From: an uncultured Candidatus Saccharibacteria bacterium
Lineage (GTDB): Bacteria > Patescibacteriota > Saccharimonadia > Saccharimonadales > JAGQNJ01
Length of the DNA stretch: 64,000 nucleotides
Assembly (NCBI GenBank): GCA_964590205.1
Contig: CAZPVO010000003.1
Span: 67,643-131,642 of the forward strand
Direction of reading: 5' to 3'
Shown: positions 10,225 through 19,991 of the stretch, piece by piece
Layout: each line of letters begins with the position of its first letter
How positions within the stretch are numbered: position 1 is the stretch's first letter
Notes under the pieces: model-generated
The model's database searches: none
What the model was told of the DNA's origin: nothing
Seen by the model: the letters and a program-made list of their open reading frames with translations, nothing else
Made by a program: the position numbers and the translations under genes

Positions 10225-10997
10225 GTTCGTTTTTTAGACTGTATTGCTTTAAGTGTAAGCTCTGTTCGTTTTTTTGCATAGCCACAGAAGTCGCATTCAC
10301 CACCCATGACCGCTTTGCCGACTGGTGGCATGTCGCCCTCAAGGCATTTTTTAATTTTTGTGAGCGTTGGCTCAATCCAGCTGTCATCACCGGTATATGG
10401 AATAATCTTGGTATGGAATTCGACTTTGTCAAAGAAGCCCTCTAAATCCATGCGTCCGTTGGCATACACAAAGTAACCTGTATCACTTACTGTGAAGCCG
10501 TTTTGACGCAGTAACCATTGATAAACTTCCATCTGACGTTTGTACATAATTTGCCAGTCAGAATCGATGCTCACCTCGGCATCTTTAGCAGTTGCTTTGT
10601 AGTCAACAACGATGATTTCCCCATCAGGCTTAACCCATATATCGTCGACTGCACCAAAAATGAGTAAATTTGTTGGTTCGTGGAGCGCCTGAACGCCAAT
10701 AAAGTTTTGGCGCCATTTATCTAAATCATCGTGCGAAAACGGCGTAGCATCGAGCCCAAATTCAATCATCATTGGATGCGCTTCTTTTTTGACTCGGTAG
10801 GTGTCAAATTCTTTTTTGAGTAGTTCATCAATTGCCGAGTTTATTCGAAACGGCGGTGAGCTTGGTCGTTTAATTTTAAGCCGTTCTTCCAGCCAAAAAC
10901 AGCGCTGACACCACATAAAATTATCAATACGCGTTCGACTCAGTTTGTAGGGACTCAGTTGCCCTGGCTGGTAGGGTTCACTTCTCCGATATGCCAT
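10221..10997 (-). CDS. Cas4/RecB-like PD-(D/E)xK nuclease family protein (orphan)
   Basis: N-terminal S..Y..C.R.F.L signature (SPYKLSRTRIDNFMWCQRCFWLEERL). Catalytic D ... (V)DYK (AVDDIWVKPDGEIIVVDYKATAK), a QxxxY motif (QIMY) and a C-terminal CDFCGY. Four Cys in total. Confidence 0.6.
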   Translation of the reverse strand: MAYRRSEPYQPGQLSPYKLSRTRIDNFMWCQRCFWLEERLKIKRPSSPPFRINSAIDELLKKEFDTYRVKKEAHPMMIEFGLDATPFSHDDLDKWRQNFIGVQALHEPTNLLIFGAVDDIWVKPDGEIIVVDYKATAKDAEVSIDSDWQIMYKRQMEVYQWLLRQNGFTVSDTGYFVYANGRMDLEGFFDKVEFHTKIIPYTGDDSWIEPTLTKIKKCLEGDMPPVGKAVMGGECDFCGYAKKRTELTLKAIQSKKRT

Positions 10998-11008
10998 GGT
11001 GCTCAGTA

Positions 11009-11698
11009 TTATAACAGCTTGCTGATGGCCGCGACTGACGCCGTTTCGGCGCGATGAGTAAAGTCGCCAATATTAACCTGAGCTACATTTTTATCTTTAA
11101 AAAGTTGCAGCTCATCGTCGGACCAGCCACCTTCTGGCCCAACCATAACTACGAGCCTGTCAGCTAGATTTGTGTCAATTTTTTGGCCTTCTTGTTCACA
11201 GACTAACAGCTGTACTTTGCCACTAAATTCATCGATTAACGTTTCCAGAGTAATAGGCTCGCGGATTTTAGGAATATTACCTCGCCCGCATTGTTCAGCT
11301 GCTTCGATGGCAATCTTGTTTGCACGTTCTTCATTAAACCCGGTTTTCTCGGACCTATCAGCCATAATTGGAATAAAGTGATTTACGCCCAACTCTGTAC
11401 ATTTTTGAACCACCCACTCGTTTTTGTCTTTTTTGAGCAACGCCCAGGCTAAATAAATGTCTTTGCTCGGCAGTTTTCGAGTCATTTCGGTCACCAGTTC
11501 AAGATCGACTGCCTCAGGCTCAAACTTGGTAATTTTATAAAGCCGTTCGTGCTGTTCGCCGTCGAATAAAACCACTTTCTGGCCAACTTTGTAGCGCAAC
11601 ACTCGTTGCCATTGGCTTACAATATCTCTATCTTGCAGCCAGAATTTATTTTTTAGCCTATGGATTTTGGGATCAATATAAAATCTATGTAATCGCAT
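11009..11698 (-). CDS. rsmE: 16S rRNA (uracil1498-N3)-methyltransferase
   Basis: RsmE-like N-terminus (MRLHRFYIDP...) and a SPOUT C-terminal domain (GPEGGWSDDE). Confidence 0.8.
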   Translation of the reverse strand: MRLHRFYIDPKIHRLKNKFWLQDRDIVSQWQRVLRYKVGQKVVLFDGEQHERLYKITKFEPEAVDLELVTEMTRKLPSKDIYLAWALLKKDKNEWVVQKCTELGVNHFIPIMADRSEKTGFNEERANKIAIEAAEQCGRGNIPKIREPITLETLIDEFSGKVQLLVCEQEGQKIDTNLADRLVVMVGPEGGWSDDELQLFKDKNVAQVNIGDFTHRAETASVAAISKLL

Positions 11699-12347
11699 AA
11701 TAACTTGTAATTTTCAATAAATCTTCGGGCTTTTCAATCAAAAAATCAGGCCGATATGTACTGAGGATTTTTTTGTTGTTGTAGCCCCATGTAACAGATG
11801 CAACTTTTAAGCCAACCTTGTGGGCGGCTTCGACATCACGGGTTTCATCGCCAACATATATTGAGTCAGTCTTGGCTATTCGCTCTTTTTTTAGAATTTT
11901 TCGCAGACTCTTGGTTTTACCAAATACCGAAACATTGCCATAGATTGCTTTAAAATACTGGTTAAGCTGATATGTCTTAAGGAATTTTTTAATGTTCTGA
12001 TCACTGTTGCTACTCATGACATATAAATTATTGCTGCGCGAGAGTTGTTCAATTACATCGATGATGCCGTCAAATGGCTTGGCGTCAACTAACCTACCAA
12101 TAAGTTCCTTGCGGCCCCGTGTGACAAGTGTTGGTACACGTCGTAATGGGATTCCAACTCGCTTAAGTGCTTGCTGAGCTGGTAAGCCACGTAGTTCCTC
12201 AACGAGTTCAACGGTTAACTTCATATTTGTCACAGACCACTGTTCAGCAACCTCAATCAAGATTGGTAATGTATTGGCAATGGTACCGTCAAAATCAAAG
12301 ATAATATTTAAAGATTTGTCTTGTTTGGGGCTATCAAGCTCCGCCAT
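11685..12347 (-). CDS. HAD-superfamily hydrolase (phosphatase)
   Basis: Motif I DxDGT (IIFDFDGTIANT) and a C-terminal GD..D motif (YVGDETRDVEAA). Confidence 0.75.
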   Translation of the reverse strand: MAELDSPKQDKSLNIIFDFDGTIANTLPILIEVAEQWSVTNMKLTVELVEELRGLPAQQALKRVGIPLRRVPTLVTRGRKELIGRLVDAKPFDGIIDVIEQLSRSNNLYVMSSNSDQNIKKFLKTYQLNQYFKAIYGNVSVFGKTKSLRKILKKERIAKTDSIYVGDETRDVEAAHKVGLKVASVTWGYNNKKILSTYRPDFLIEKPEDLLKITSYYAIT

Positions 12348-12353
12348 TTTTGC

Positions 12354-13148
12354 TTAGCCTCGTAGTCCAGCCAATAAGATACCCACCAACGCCACTTTTA
12401 TTCCAATGTCGATAACCAGGTAATTTCGTTCAACAAAATTATAACTTTTCCAGTTTTTAACTTTTCTAATTCCCTGCAACTGGTTCAAGCCAATCAAACA
12501 AAAACCAACCAGAACTGCGAACACTAAAGCATAGCTATACCATGGCAAGCGAATCATGCCGTAGATCGCCGTAAAGAGCAATGACCCTAAAATTGCCAAC
12601 CATGGCAAAATACCACTGACAACACCAATACCAAATGCACTGTAATCCGGAGTTTTTGCTTGAGTATTTTGTTTATCAGCCAGCCAACTTAGTGCACACG
12701 TCAGGACAATCGCACCCGCACACAACTTGACTGTTACCGGATCACTGATTCCAGCTAACAGCGCCACGATTTCAATTGTGATTGCCGAACTGATACCTAA
12801 ATCAATCCAACGCAGTGGGCTCTGAGCTTTTTTAAGTTCTTGATGGTAGGCCAGCTCGCCTCTGGTAATACGGTAAATAGCAATCCCGCCTGAAATGAGC
12901 AATGCAATCGCAGCCATGTATGCAATTGGCGCATCAAACCAGTTTCTCATTCCCGGTACAAAAACCGTTTGGGCTTGGCTGGTAAGTGCTTCTTTGGTAA
13001 TAAACAAGATGTTAATCGGCACAGTGTTGCTGCGAATCATGGCAATGAGTGCAACCGCGCCGACACCACACAATATTGCGCGAACAATTTGCAGCGTACG
13101 TATATCTTTTAAGTACGTCTTTTTAGCGTTTGCCATCTTAAGAGACAT
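12354..13148 (-). CDS. hypothetical polytopic membrane protein
   Basis: 264 aa with at least 6 hydrophobic helices and no recognisable motif. Confidence 0.45.
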   Translation of the reverse strand: MSLKMANAKKTYLKDIRTLQIVRAILCGVGAVALIAMIRSNTVPINILFITKEALTSQAQTVFVPGMRNWFDAPIAYMAAIALLISGGIAIYRITRGELAYHQELKKAQSPLRWIDLGISSAITIEIVALLAGISDPVTVKLCAGAIVLTCALSWLADKQNTQAKTPDYSAFGIGVVSGILPWLAILGSLLFTAIYGMIRLPWYSYALVFAVLVGFCLIGLNQLQGIRKVKNWKSYNFVERNYLVIDIGIKVALVGILLAGLRG

Positions 13149-13177
13149 TCTAGCACATCGGATACCATAACGGGGAG

Positions 13178-13699
13178 TTATTTCAAGCGCTCAGCGAATT
13201 TCGTTCGCAATTTATCAAGTTTTGGATTGATGATCACTTGGCAGTAGGCTTGCTCTGGGTGATTTTTAAAGAAATTGTGATGCTCTGCTTCCGCTTCATA
13301 GAACTTTGCAAGAGGCTGTAGCTCAGTTACGATAGGATTACCCCATAGTTTCTGCGTTTGCGCGATCGAAGCTTCGGCCTCAGTTTTTTGTTTGTCATTT
13401 TCGTATAAAATAATTGATCGATATTCTGGCCCTTCATCATTCCCTTGTCGATCCTTGGTTGTAGGATCGTGAATTGCCCAAAAAATATCCAAAATATCAG
13501 TATAGCTAATAATCTCAGGGTCAAAAGTAATCTTCACAACTTCCGCATGGCCACTATCAGAGTAGTGTAAGTCTTCGTAATGTGGATCTTTAAGGTGCCC
13601 CCCTGCGTAGCCAGGCACGACTTTACTGACGCCACGAATTAACTGATAGCTTGCTTCCAGGCACCAAAAACATCCTCCACCTAATACGGCTGTTTCCAT
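13178..13699 (-). CDS. msrA: peptide methionine sulfoxide reductase MsrA
   Basis: Active-site GCFWC (LGGGCFWCLEA). Confidence 0.9.
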   Translation of the reverse strand: METAVLGGGCFWCLEASYQLIRGVSKVVPGYAGGHLKDPHYEDLHYSDSGHAEVVKITFDPEIISYTDILDIFWAIHDPTTKDRQGNDEGPEYRSIILYENDKQKTEAEASIAQTQKLWGNPIVTELQPLAKFYEAEAEHHNFFKNHPEQAYCQVIINPKLDKLRTKFAERLK

Positions 13700-13708
13700 A
13701 CTTTTATT

Positions 13709-14077
13709 TTACTCCCTCTCATGAATCTGGCGATGATTGAGGCCAAAATAATGTGCCATTTCGTGCCACAGAGTGTGTCGCACGTTTTCCAGTAATTCTT
13801 CTTCGTTTCTACTTGAAGCAAAAAGCGGAATTTTAAAGATGGTGATTTTATCGGGCAAGATTGGTTGCGTGCCACCGCGCGCAGGCAGTGGTATACCCTC
13901 GTATAAACCATATAAGGACTGATTATCAGCCAGTTGTAGTTTTTGCCGCTGTTCCAAGCTCGGTACATCGGCGTAAATGATGGCGATGTTATTCAACCGC
14001 GACGTATATTTTTTAGGCAAGCTATCGAGTGCCTTACTAATAATTTTGTCGAATTCGTCGTCGGTTGGAACTTGCAT
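13709..14077 (-). CDS. small zincin-like metallopeptidase-family protein (DUF1025/Zincin_1-like)
   Basis: 122 aa with a C-terminal HExxH (LWHEMAHYFGLN), typical of the ~120-aa metallopeptidase-family proteins. Confidence 0.55.
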   Translation of the reverse strand: MQVPTDDEFDKIISKALDSLPKKYTSRLNNIAIIYADVPSLEQRQKLQLADNQSLYGLYEGIPLPARGGTQPILPDKITIFKIPLFASSRNEEELLENVRHTLWHEMAHYFGLNHRQIHERE

Positions 14078-14079
14078 AT

Positions 14080-14520
14080 TTAGAGTTTAATTTTGCTCAC
14101 ATCACCATCTAAGATTGTGCAACCCATCCCATATACTTCCTCAAATACAAGATTGTCTTTTTTAACTGCGTTTAGCACATAGATTAGTTTTTTTAGGTAA
14201 TATGCCAAGGCCATTTCCATGAGCCCATTTGGACCAATGTAATCTGGTTTGCCTGGTTTGTCATCATTAATGACAAGTATTGCATCGGCCTTTTCAACTT
14301 CTTTAAAATGCATATCCATAAATTGCTGTTTGCTGGTGAAATCTTCTGGATTGTCATACCAGGTTTTGAGCGGCTTAACGTCGTAGTTTTTAGTCTTACG
14401 CATAATTGCTGCATTGTGCGGCACGATAGTCTTGTAACCCTGTTCCTCGAGCTTATCGGCGATCTCGTTTACATGTTTATAAAAAGCTGAACTGGCACAA
14501 ATTGTAATTATTTTAGCCAT
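14080..14520 (-). CDS. hypothetical protein (Rossmann-like; possibly nucleoside 2-deoxyribosyltransferase-like)
   Basis: 146 aa (MAKIITICASSAFYKHV...ADAILVINDDKPG...). Fold guess only. Confidence 0.3.
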   Translation of the reverse strand: MAKIITICASSAFYKHVNEIADKLEEQGYKTIVPHNAAIMRKTKNYDVKPLKTWYDNPEDFTSKQQFMDMHFKEVEKADAILVINDDKPGKPDYIGPNGLMEMALAYYLKKLIYVLNAVKKDNLVFEEVYGMGCTILDGDVSKIKL

Positions 14521-16053
14521 TTATGATTCCAACCTTAGTCTTTTGATCAACCAGTCACGTGGCAATAAGCTTAAAAACCAACCAGCACGTGGGCCGGCAC
14601 TCTTATTAATAATGGCTTGATACAGTGTGCTAAATAATTCTTTTGGCTCAACACCAAGCTCATCTTTAAATTCATAAATAGCTTTATGGAACCACTCGCC
14701 ATCAGCATCTTCAGGTGCGTTTTCAATTTTATCCGCCAGTTTGCTCATGAAGTCTTTTTGCTTATCATCGAACTTACTAGCGTCAACTTGTTCGCTCAGC
14801 TCAAATTTAACGTCTTCTGGCGCAGCTTTGGCGAGCCATTCATTAATAAATGCTAATTCTGCCTTAATAATCTCTTCTTGTGACTCAGCCGTCTTTTTGT
14901 ACTCACTACGTTTAATAATATCGAGTGTTTTAACCGGATCTTTGAGTGCCGCCTGGTAGCTCGCAACTAGTAACGTAAATGGAATGTGGCTGATTGTTTT
15001 TTCTTCCAGTCCATCGGTACAAATATCAATTAATTGCTGCTGTTCATCTGTTTTATTCTCCATGGCAAGCAGCTCACTAAACTCATCAATCAAACGCATG
15101 AGTGTTGGCCCTTGATCAAAAAAAAGCAATTTGTCCGGGCTATAGCGGATAACAAAATACCACACGACTTCAGCTGGCAACATGCGAAGTAATTCTGTGG
15201 CGGTAATTGTATCGCCAGCGCTTTTACTCATCTTCTTAGTGTCACCAGTACGATTGATAAAATTATAGGGAATTGGGAAAGGTGCCTCAACACCGTAGAC
15301 TTTTTTGACAATGTGCGTACCTGTTTCATAACTGCCGCCTTTGGTGGCGTGATCCCGCCCAAATGGTTCAGCTTCTACTTTAAGTAGCCACCAACGCGCA
15401 GCCCAATCGATACGCCAGGCTAGTTTTACCTCGCCCTTATCGTAAGAAACTACCTGCTCTTTATTATCTTTATCAATATATGCCACCTGATTCTTGTCAG
15501 TATCAATTTTTACAAACTGTCGATTTTTGAGTCGGCCATCTTCGAGCACCTGAATTGGTGTCCAGGAATCTTCGAGTTTACGTCCGGACACATCTTCAAG
15601 TACTTTCTTGATGTCGTCAGTGTGCGTGAGGGCTTTTTCAATTGCTGGTACAAAGAATCCGCTGCGATACTTTTCGTGCGAACGCATGACATCCAGCTGC
15701 AGCTTGAGAGCATCAGCAGCTTCAAGCATGTCTGCGAAGTAAAAATCTGCATATGAACGCTCTGACCCATCTGGGGCTGGTACATCACAAAGCGGCATGC
15801 CCAAATATTGCTCCCATTTTTCATCAATACCGGCTGGAACTTTGCGAAAAATATCCAAATCATCAACCACATGGATATGATGAGCTGTTCGACCTCGACG
15901 TCGAACTTCTCGGGCAATCGCTTCGGCGGTTAGCACTTCTCGCAGCGTACCTAAATGATAGGTGCCGGATGGTGAAACACCTGAACTGACTATTATCTCA
16001 CCCTCTGGATGACGTTTTTCCAACTCATCAACAACTTTATTTAGCCAGAACAT
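14521..16053 (-). CDS. lysK: lysyl-tRNA synthetase, class I (archaeal-type)
   Basis: HIGH-like HLGT and KMSKS motifs. Blockwise similarity to archaeal class I LysRS (HHIHVVDDLDIFRKVP..EKWEQYLGMPL..VPAPDG; LAWRIDWAARW..EPFGRDH; KMSKSAGD). Confidence 0.8.
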   Translation of the reverse strand: MFWLNKVVDELEKRHPEGEIIVSSGVSPSGTYHLGTLREVLTAEAIAREVRRRGRTAHHIHVVDDLDIFRKVPAGIDEKWEQYLGMPLCDVPAPDGSERSYADFYFADMLEAADALKLQLDVMRSHEKYRSGFFVPAIEKALTHTDDIKKVLEDVSGRKLEDSWTPIQVLEDGRLKNRQFVKIDTDKNQVAYIDKDNKEQVVSYDKGEVKLAWRIDWAARWWLLKVEAEPFGRDHATKGGSYETGTHIVKKVYGVEAPFPIPYNFINRTGDTKKMSKSAGDTITATELLRMLPAEVVWYFVIRYSPDKLLFFDQGPTLMRLIDEFSELLAMENKTDEQQQLIDICTDGLEEKTISHIPFTLLVASYQAALKDPVKTLDIIKRSEYKKTAESQEEIIKAELAFINEWLAKAAPEDVKFELSEQVDASKFDDKQKDFMSKLADKIENAPEDADGEWFHKAIYEFKDELGVEPKELFSTLYQAIINKSAGPRAGWFLSLLPRDWLIKRLRLES

Positions 16054-16087
16054 ATCTACAAATTATACAAGACGAGCCGGAACGAGC

Positions 16088-16549
16088 CTAAGCTATTACT
16101 ACAACTTTGTAACTGGCAGTCTCGGCAGGTGTTTTAATTTCAACGGAGTCGCCAACTTTTTTGTTGAGCAACGCTTTACCAATTGGGGATTCGTCTGAGA
16201 TTTTGCCATTCATTGGATCAGCTTCAACTGTTCCAACAACTTGGAACTCTTTTTGTTTGCCGCTGTCGCCTTTAAGCGTAACTTTGGAGCCAAGCTGAAC
16301 TTTACTATCACCACGTGGCTTTTTAATAACTTCTACGTTTAGAAGAATGTGCTCGATTTCTGCGATACGACCTTCTACACGCTCTTGTTCCTGGCGGGCA
16401 GAAGTATACTCAGCATTTTCAGCTAGATCACCAAATTCGCGGGCAGTCTTGATTCTTTCAGCAATAACGGGTCGCTGGGAAATGAGTTCTTCGCACTCTT
16501 GTTTTAATTCGTCCACACCCTCTTTGGTCAGATGAAACTGCTTTTTCAT
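16088..16549 (-). CDS. greA: transcription elongation factor GreA
   Basis: 153 aa, with an N-terminal coiled coil containing the acidic tip and a C-terminal FKBP-like domain. Confidence 0.9.
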   Translation of the reverse strand: MKKQFHLTKEGVDELKQECEELISQRPVIAERIKTAREFGDLAENAEYTSARQEQERVEGRIAEIEHILLNVEVIKKPRGDSKVQLGSKVTLKGDSGKQKEFQVVGTVEADPMNGKISDESPIGKALLNKKVGDSVEIKTPAETASYKVVVIA

Positions 16550-16611
16550 GGCAGTACTCCTTATATTGCTTATGTTAGTTTAGGGAGTTACCGTAGTATA
16601 GCAAGTGAGGT

Positions 16612-17862
16612 CTATGCTGCCAACACTTTTTTTAATTGTTCGTTATCGAGCAATTCGCTATCTGTTTTTGTCCGTTTTTTGTATTCAAATTTTTTAGCCT
16701 TTAGCGTTTTTTCGCTTACTACAATACGATGCGGAATTCCAAGTAAATCGGCATCCGCAAACTTCTCGCCAGCTCGCACCTCACGATCATCATATAACAC
16801 TTCGATGCCAGATTTCTGTAAATCTTCATACAAATCATCTGTGGCTTTTATTACATCTTTATCTTCGCCGAGTCGAACTAAGTAGACCCTGAACGGCGCA
16901 ATATTCTCTGGCCACACCAAGCCCTTGTCATCGGAAAAGTGTTCTGCGATTACGCCCATCAGACGTGTTACACCTATTCCATATGAGCCCAAGTAAACTG
17001 ATGCCTTATTTCCCTTTTCGTCAGTTACATATAAGCCCATGTCATCACACTTCTGTGTTCCAAAGTTAAAGATATTACCAACCTCAGCCGCTTTTACTTC
17101 TTCTAAATCTTCACGTTTAAGACCTAGTTTTTTGAGTGACTCTTCGTCTAGAACCTCTTCGTTGATAGCTACGTTCTTCTTACGATCAAGATAGATAACA
17201 TCTTCGCCGGCCTCAGTAATCGTCTGGAATTCATGGCTGTACTTTGTAAATGCTCCACCGGCCGCGAAAGTAATATAGGTAATATCGCCAAGTCCTACTC
17301 GATCATAAACTTTCATGTAAGCTTCTTTTGCTCTCTCGTAAAAATCAAGGTGGGCTTTTTCATCAATGTGATAGTCATACATGTCATTCATGACAAATTC
17401 GCGGCCACGCATAATGCCACTCTTTGAACGCAATTCGTTGCGAAGCTTGGTCTGGAATTGGTGAACCACTACTGGAAAATCGCGGTAACTTGCAACGTAG
17501 TTTTTCATCATTTCCGTGATTGGCTCTTCGTGAGACCAGCCAAAACCAACCTCGGTGCCGTTTTTGAGCTGTGATTTAAACCAAACATCGACAACTTCAT
17601 CATCCCACCTGCTCGTTCGCTCCCAGAGTTCTTTGCTCTGTAAACTTGTCATGATGATTTCTTGTCCACCAATGGCGTTCATTTCCTCTCGGACAATTTG
17701 CTTAATATTTTCAAGCACCCGTAATCCTAGCGGCAAGTATGCATACACGCCAGCCATCTCTTTATGAATATAGCCAGCTTGAATTAAAAGCTTCGCGTTA
17801 TGCGACGTTTCGTCAGCTGGTACTTCTTTTCGAGTTTTTGTAAATAGTTGTGATGATCTCAT
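16612..17862 (-). CDS. proS: prolyl-tRNA synthetase (short form without INS editing domain)
   Basis: N-terminus MRSSQLFTKTRKEVPADETSHNAKLLIQAGYI..LPLGLRVLENI is typical of ProRS. Class II core of 416 aa. Confidence 0.9.
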   Translation of the reverse strand: MRSSQLFTKTRKEVPADETSHNAKLLIQAGYIHKEMAGVYAYLPLGLRVLENIKQIVREEMNAIGGQEIIMTSLQSKELWERTSRWDDEVVDVWFKSQLKNGTEVGFGWSHEEPITEMMKNYVASYRDFPVVVHQFQTKLRNELRSKSGIMRGREFVMNDMYDYHIDEKAHLDFYERAKEAYMKVYDRVGLGDITYITFAAGGAFTKYSHEFQTITEAGEDVIYLDRKKNVAINEEVLDEESLKKLGLKREDLEEVKAAEVGNIFNFGTQKCDDMGLYVTDEKGNKASVYLGSYGIGVTRLMGVIAEHFSDDKGLVWPENIAPFRVYLVRLGEDKDVIKATDDLYEDLQKSGIEVLYDDREVRAGEKFADADLLGIPHRIVVSEKTLKAKKFEYKKRTKTDSELLDNEQLKKVLAA

Positions 17863-17997
17863 GTTTATCCTTGTTCATCTTAAAAAGTAAAAATTATAAA
17901 GCAAAATTATAGACGGCCTGTGGCCGGAAGCTTTGGATTTTGACTTTTTAGATCACACATAATCAAGGGTTATTGTACCCTAGAACTTACGTTATGA

Positions 17998-18804
17998 CTA
18001 CATGCCAGCCTTAAAGACAAAGAGCAGCATAAAAGCCATACCATTTTTGAGCATGTGCAAGATAATAGACGCTGTCAGTGAATTTCGTGTTTCGCGCAAG
18101 TAAACAAGCACCATCGATAATGTAAAGGTATCTATGGCAGCAGCCCACAAAAGTGGTGCACCACTACCAAATTGCAGATGAGCCATCGCAAACAAAATAC
18201 TGGTAATAATGGCGGCTGGGATAAACTTTAGCTTTGTCCTGAGGCCAGTGTATAGAAAACCACGAACTAGGATTTCCTCAGCAATTGGCGGTAATATAAC
18301 CAGGCTCAAAAAGACAAAAATCATATCTTTTGTCGACTTGGCAGTTTCAAAGCCAATTTCCTGCTTTTGATCTAAGTTAATCTGTGGAACCAGTTTTTGG
18401 ACTACGAAAAATATGGCTATATAGGCCAAAAAATAGATACCGAAGCCAATCAGTGCATAGAGAGCTTCTTTGGCGTGCGGCTTAACCAGACCAATGGCTT
18501 TCATGCTCAGTCGGCGGAGTTTCAAAACCCCGTAAACCGCCAAAACAACAAGTGCTTCGATTAAAAATATCATGAAGAATTGTGCCAAAACTGAGCTTGT
18601 GAGCCATGCCTGGGCGGTGCTTGTGCTCCAGCCTTTTGAATTTGTGTAGAGCAGTATTATGACTTCGGTGACAATTTGTGTTGCCAAGTAAATAAAAATT
18701 GTCAGAACTACTGCGCTAACAGGTCCCCACATTTTTTTGACAGGTTTAGCTTTTGGCTCTGGTCCCCCCGCCACAATTGAATCGGAGTGATCAGTAATTT
18801 CCAC
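17998..18804 (-). CDS. CPBP-family intramembrane metalloprotease (CAAX protease-like)
   Basis: EExxxR motif (AEEILVRGFLY) and FxxxH motif (FAMAH) in a polytopic membrane protein. Confidence 0.8.
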   Translation of the reverse strand: MEITDHSDSIVAGGPEPKAKPVKKMWGPVSAVVLTIFIYLATQIVTEVIILLYTNSKGWSTSTAQAWLTSSVLAQFFMIFLIEALVVLAVYGVLKLRRLSMKAIGLVKPHAKEALYALIGFGIYFLAYIAIFFVVQKLVPQINLDQKQEIGFETAKSTKDMIFVFLSLVILPPIAEEILVRGFLYTGLRTKLKFIPAAIITSILFAMAHLQFGSGAPLLWAAAIDTFTLSMVLVYLRETRNSLTASIILHMLKNGMAFMLLFVFKAGM

Positions 18805-19931
18805 TAGAAGAACCGCCTGATATCAACAACTGTAATCACAACAAACAAGATCATGAGCACTACAAAGCCAAGCCCGTGGATCAACTCTTCTTTTTTAGCT
18901 GTCAGTGGTTTTCGCCGAATCCGATATAGATAGGTTACGAACAAACGGCCGCCATCCAGTGCGGGAATTGGCAAGATGTTAATAATTGCCAACGTGAGTG
19001 ATATAACCCCAATAATCATCAGCATAAACTGCAAACCAAGGCTGCTACCGTCCTTAAGAATTACAAACACGCCAACTGGTCCGGAAACCTGTGAGCTGGC
19101 TGTTGTGGTGTCACCATGAAACAAACTTGCAACTGCCGTACCGATCCCCTTGTATGTCAAAATACTAAACTGCACAGCCACTCCCGCACCTGTTACTGGT
19201 GCAGACCAAGTCGAGCGGCGTAGTTCGTAGTCAGCCGGGCTTACACCCAAATAACCCTTTGGATTATCAGTGTTTTTGCTGGCATTAACTTCATCTGTAC
19301 TGCGCAGTGTTGTTTTTGCTGTTTTGACTGTGCCATCGTGTACATAGGTGATGGTAACTTCTTGATTGGCCAGCTGACTGGTAATTGGCGGCAAGGAATC
19401 TACGTCTTTTACTTCGTGAACCTGGTTATCTGAACCTGTAATGCTCAGTAACTGATCTTGTGACTGCAGATTAATCTTTTCAGCTGGCGATTTTGGTTCG
19501 ACGTAGCCAATCAAAACCTTCTGTGAGCTTATTTTTGTGTCACTCGGGATTGTAAATTGGTTATCGAATAGTTTTGGCATGCCGATAAGTGCTACCAAAG
19601 TAAAAAGCAGCCATGCAACCAGTAAATTCATAACTATTCCAGCCGAAATTATTTTAGTTTTGCCCCACAAACTGGCCGCACCATAACTACCGGGTTCAGT
19701 ATCTGCATCATGTTCGCCCTTGAGCTTTACAAAACCGCCCAATGGTAGAAGATTAATCGTAAAAAGCGTCTTACTTTTTAATTTTTTCTTAATAATTCTG
19801 GGTGGAAAGCCGATTCCAAATTCTTCTACTTCTACATTATTACGTCTCGCGGCAATGGCATGGCCAAGTTCGTGGACAACCACTAAGCCAACAAATAAAA
19901 TTAGCCCCAAAATTAGCAAAAATAATCCCAC
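18804..19931 (-). CDS. rseP: RIP metalloprotease RseP (site-2 protease, M50)
   Basis: HExxH in TM1 (HELGHAIAARR), a PDZ-like central region and a C-terminal LDGG motif (PALDGGRL). Confidence 0.85.
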   Translation of the reverse strand: MGLFLLILGLILFVGLVVVHELGHAIAARRNNVEVEEFGIGFPPRIIKKKLKSKTLFTINLLPLGGFVKLKGEHDADTEPGSYGAASLWGKTKIISAGIVMNLLVAWLLFTLVALIGMPKLFDNQFTIPSDTKISSQKVLIGYVEPKSPAEKINLQSQDQLLSITGSDNQVHEVKDVDSLPPITSQLANQEVTITYVHDGTVKTAKTTLRSTDEVNASKNTDNPKGYLGVSPADYELRRSTWSAPVTGAGVAVQFSILTYKGIGTAVASLFHGDTTTASSQVSGPVGVFVILKDGSSLGLQFMLMIIGVISLTLAIINILPIPALDGGRLFVTYLYRIRRKPLTAKKEELIHGLGFVVLMILFVVITVVDIRRFF

Positions 19932-19991
19932 TTATTTACCCTCTACCTCTGTTAGTTTTGAATACATATGTTGTTCGTTATTGATCATTCC

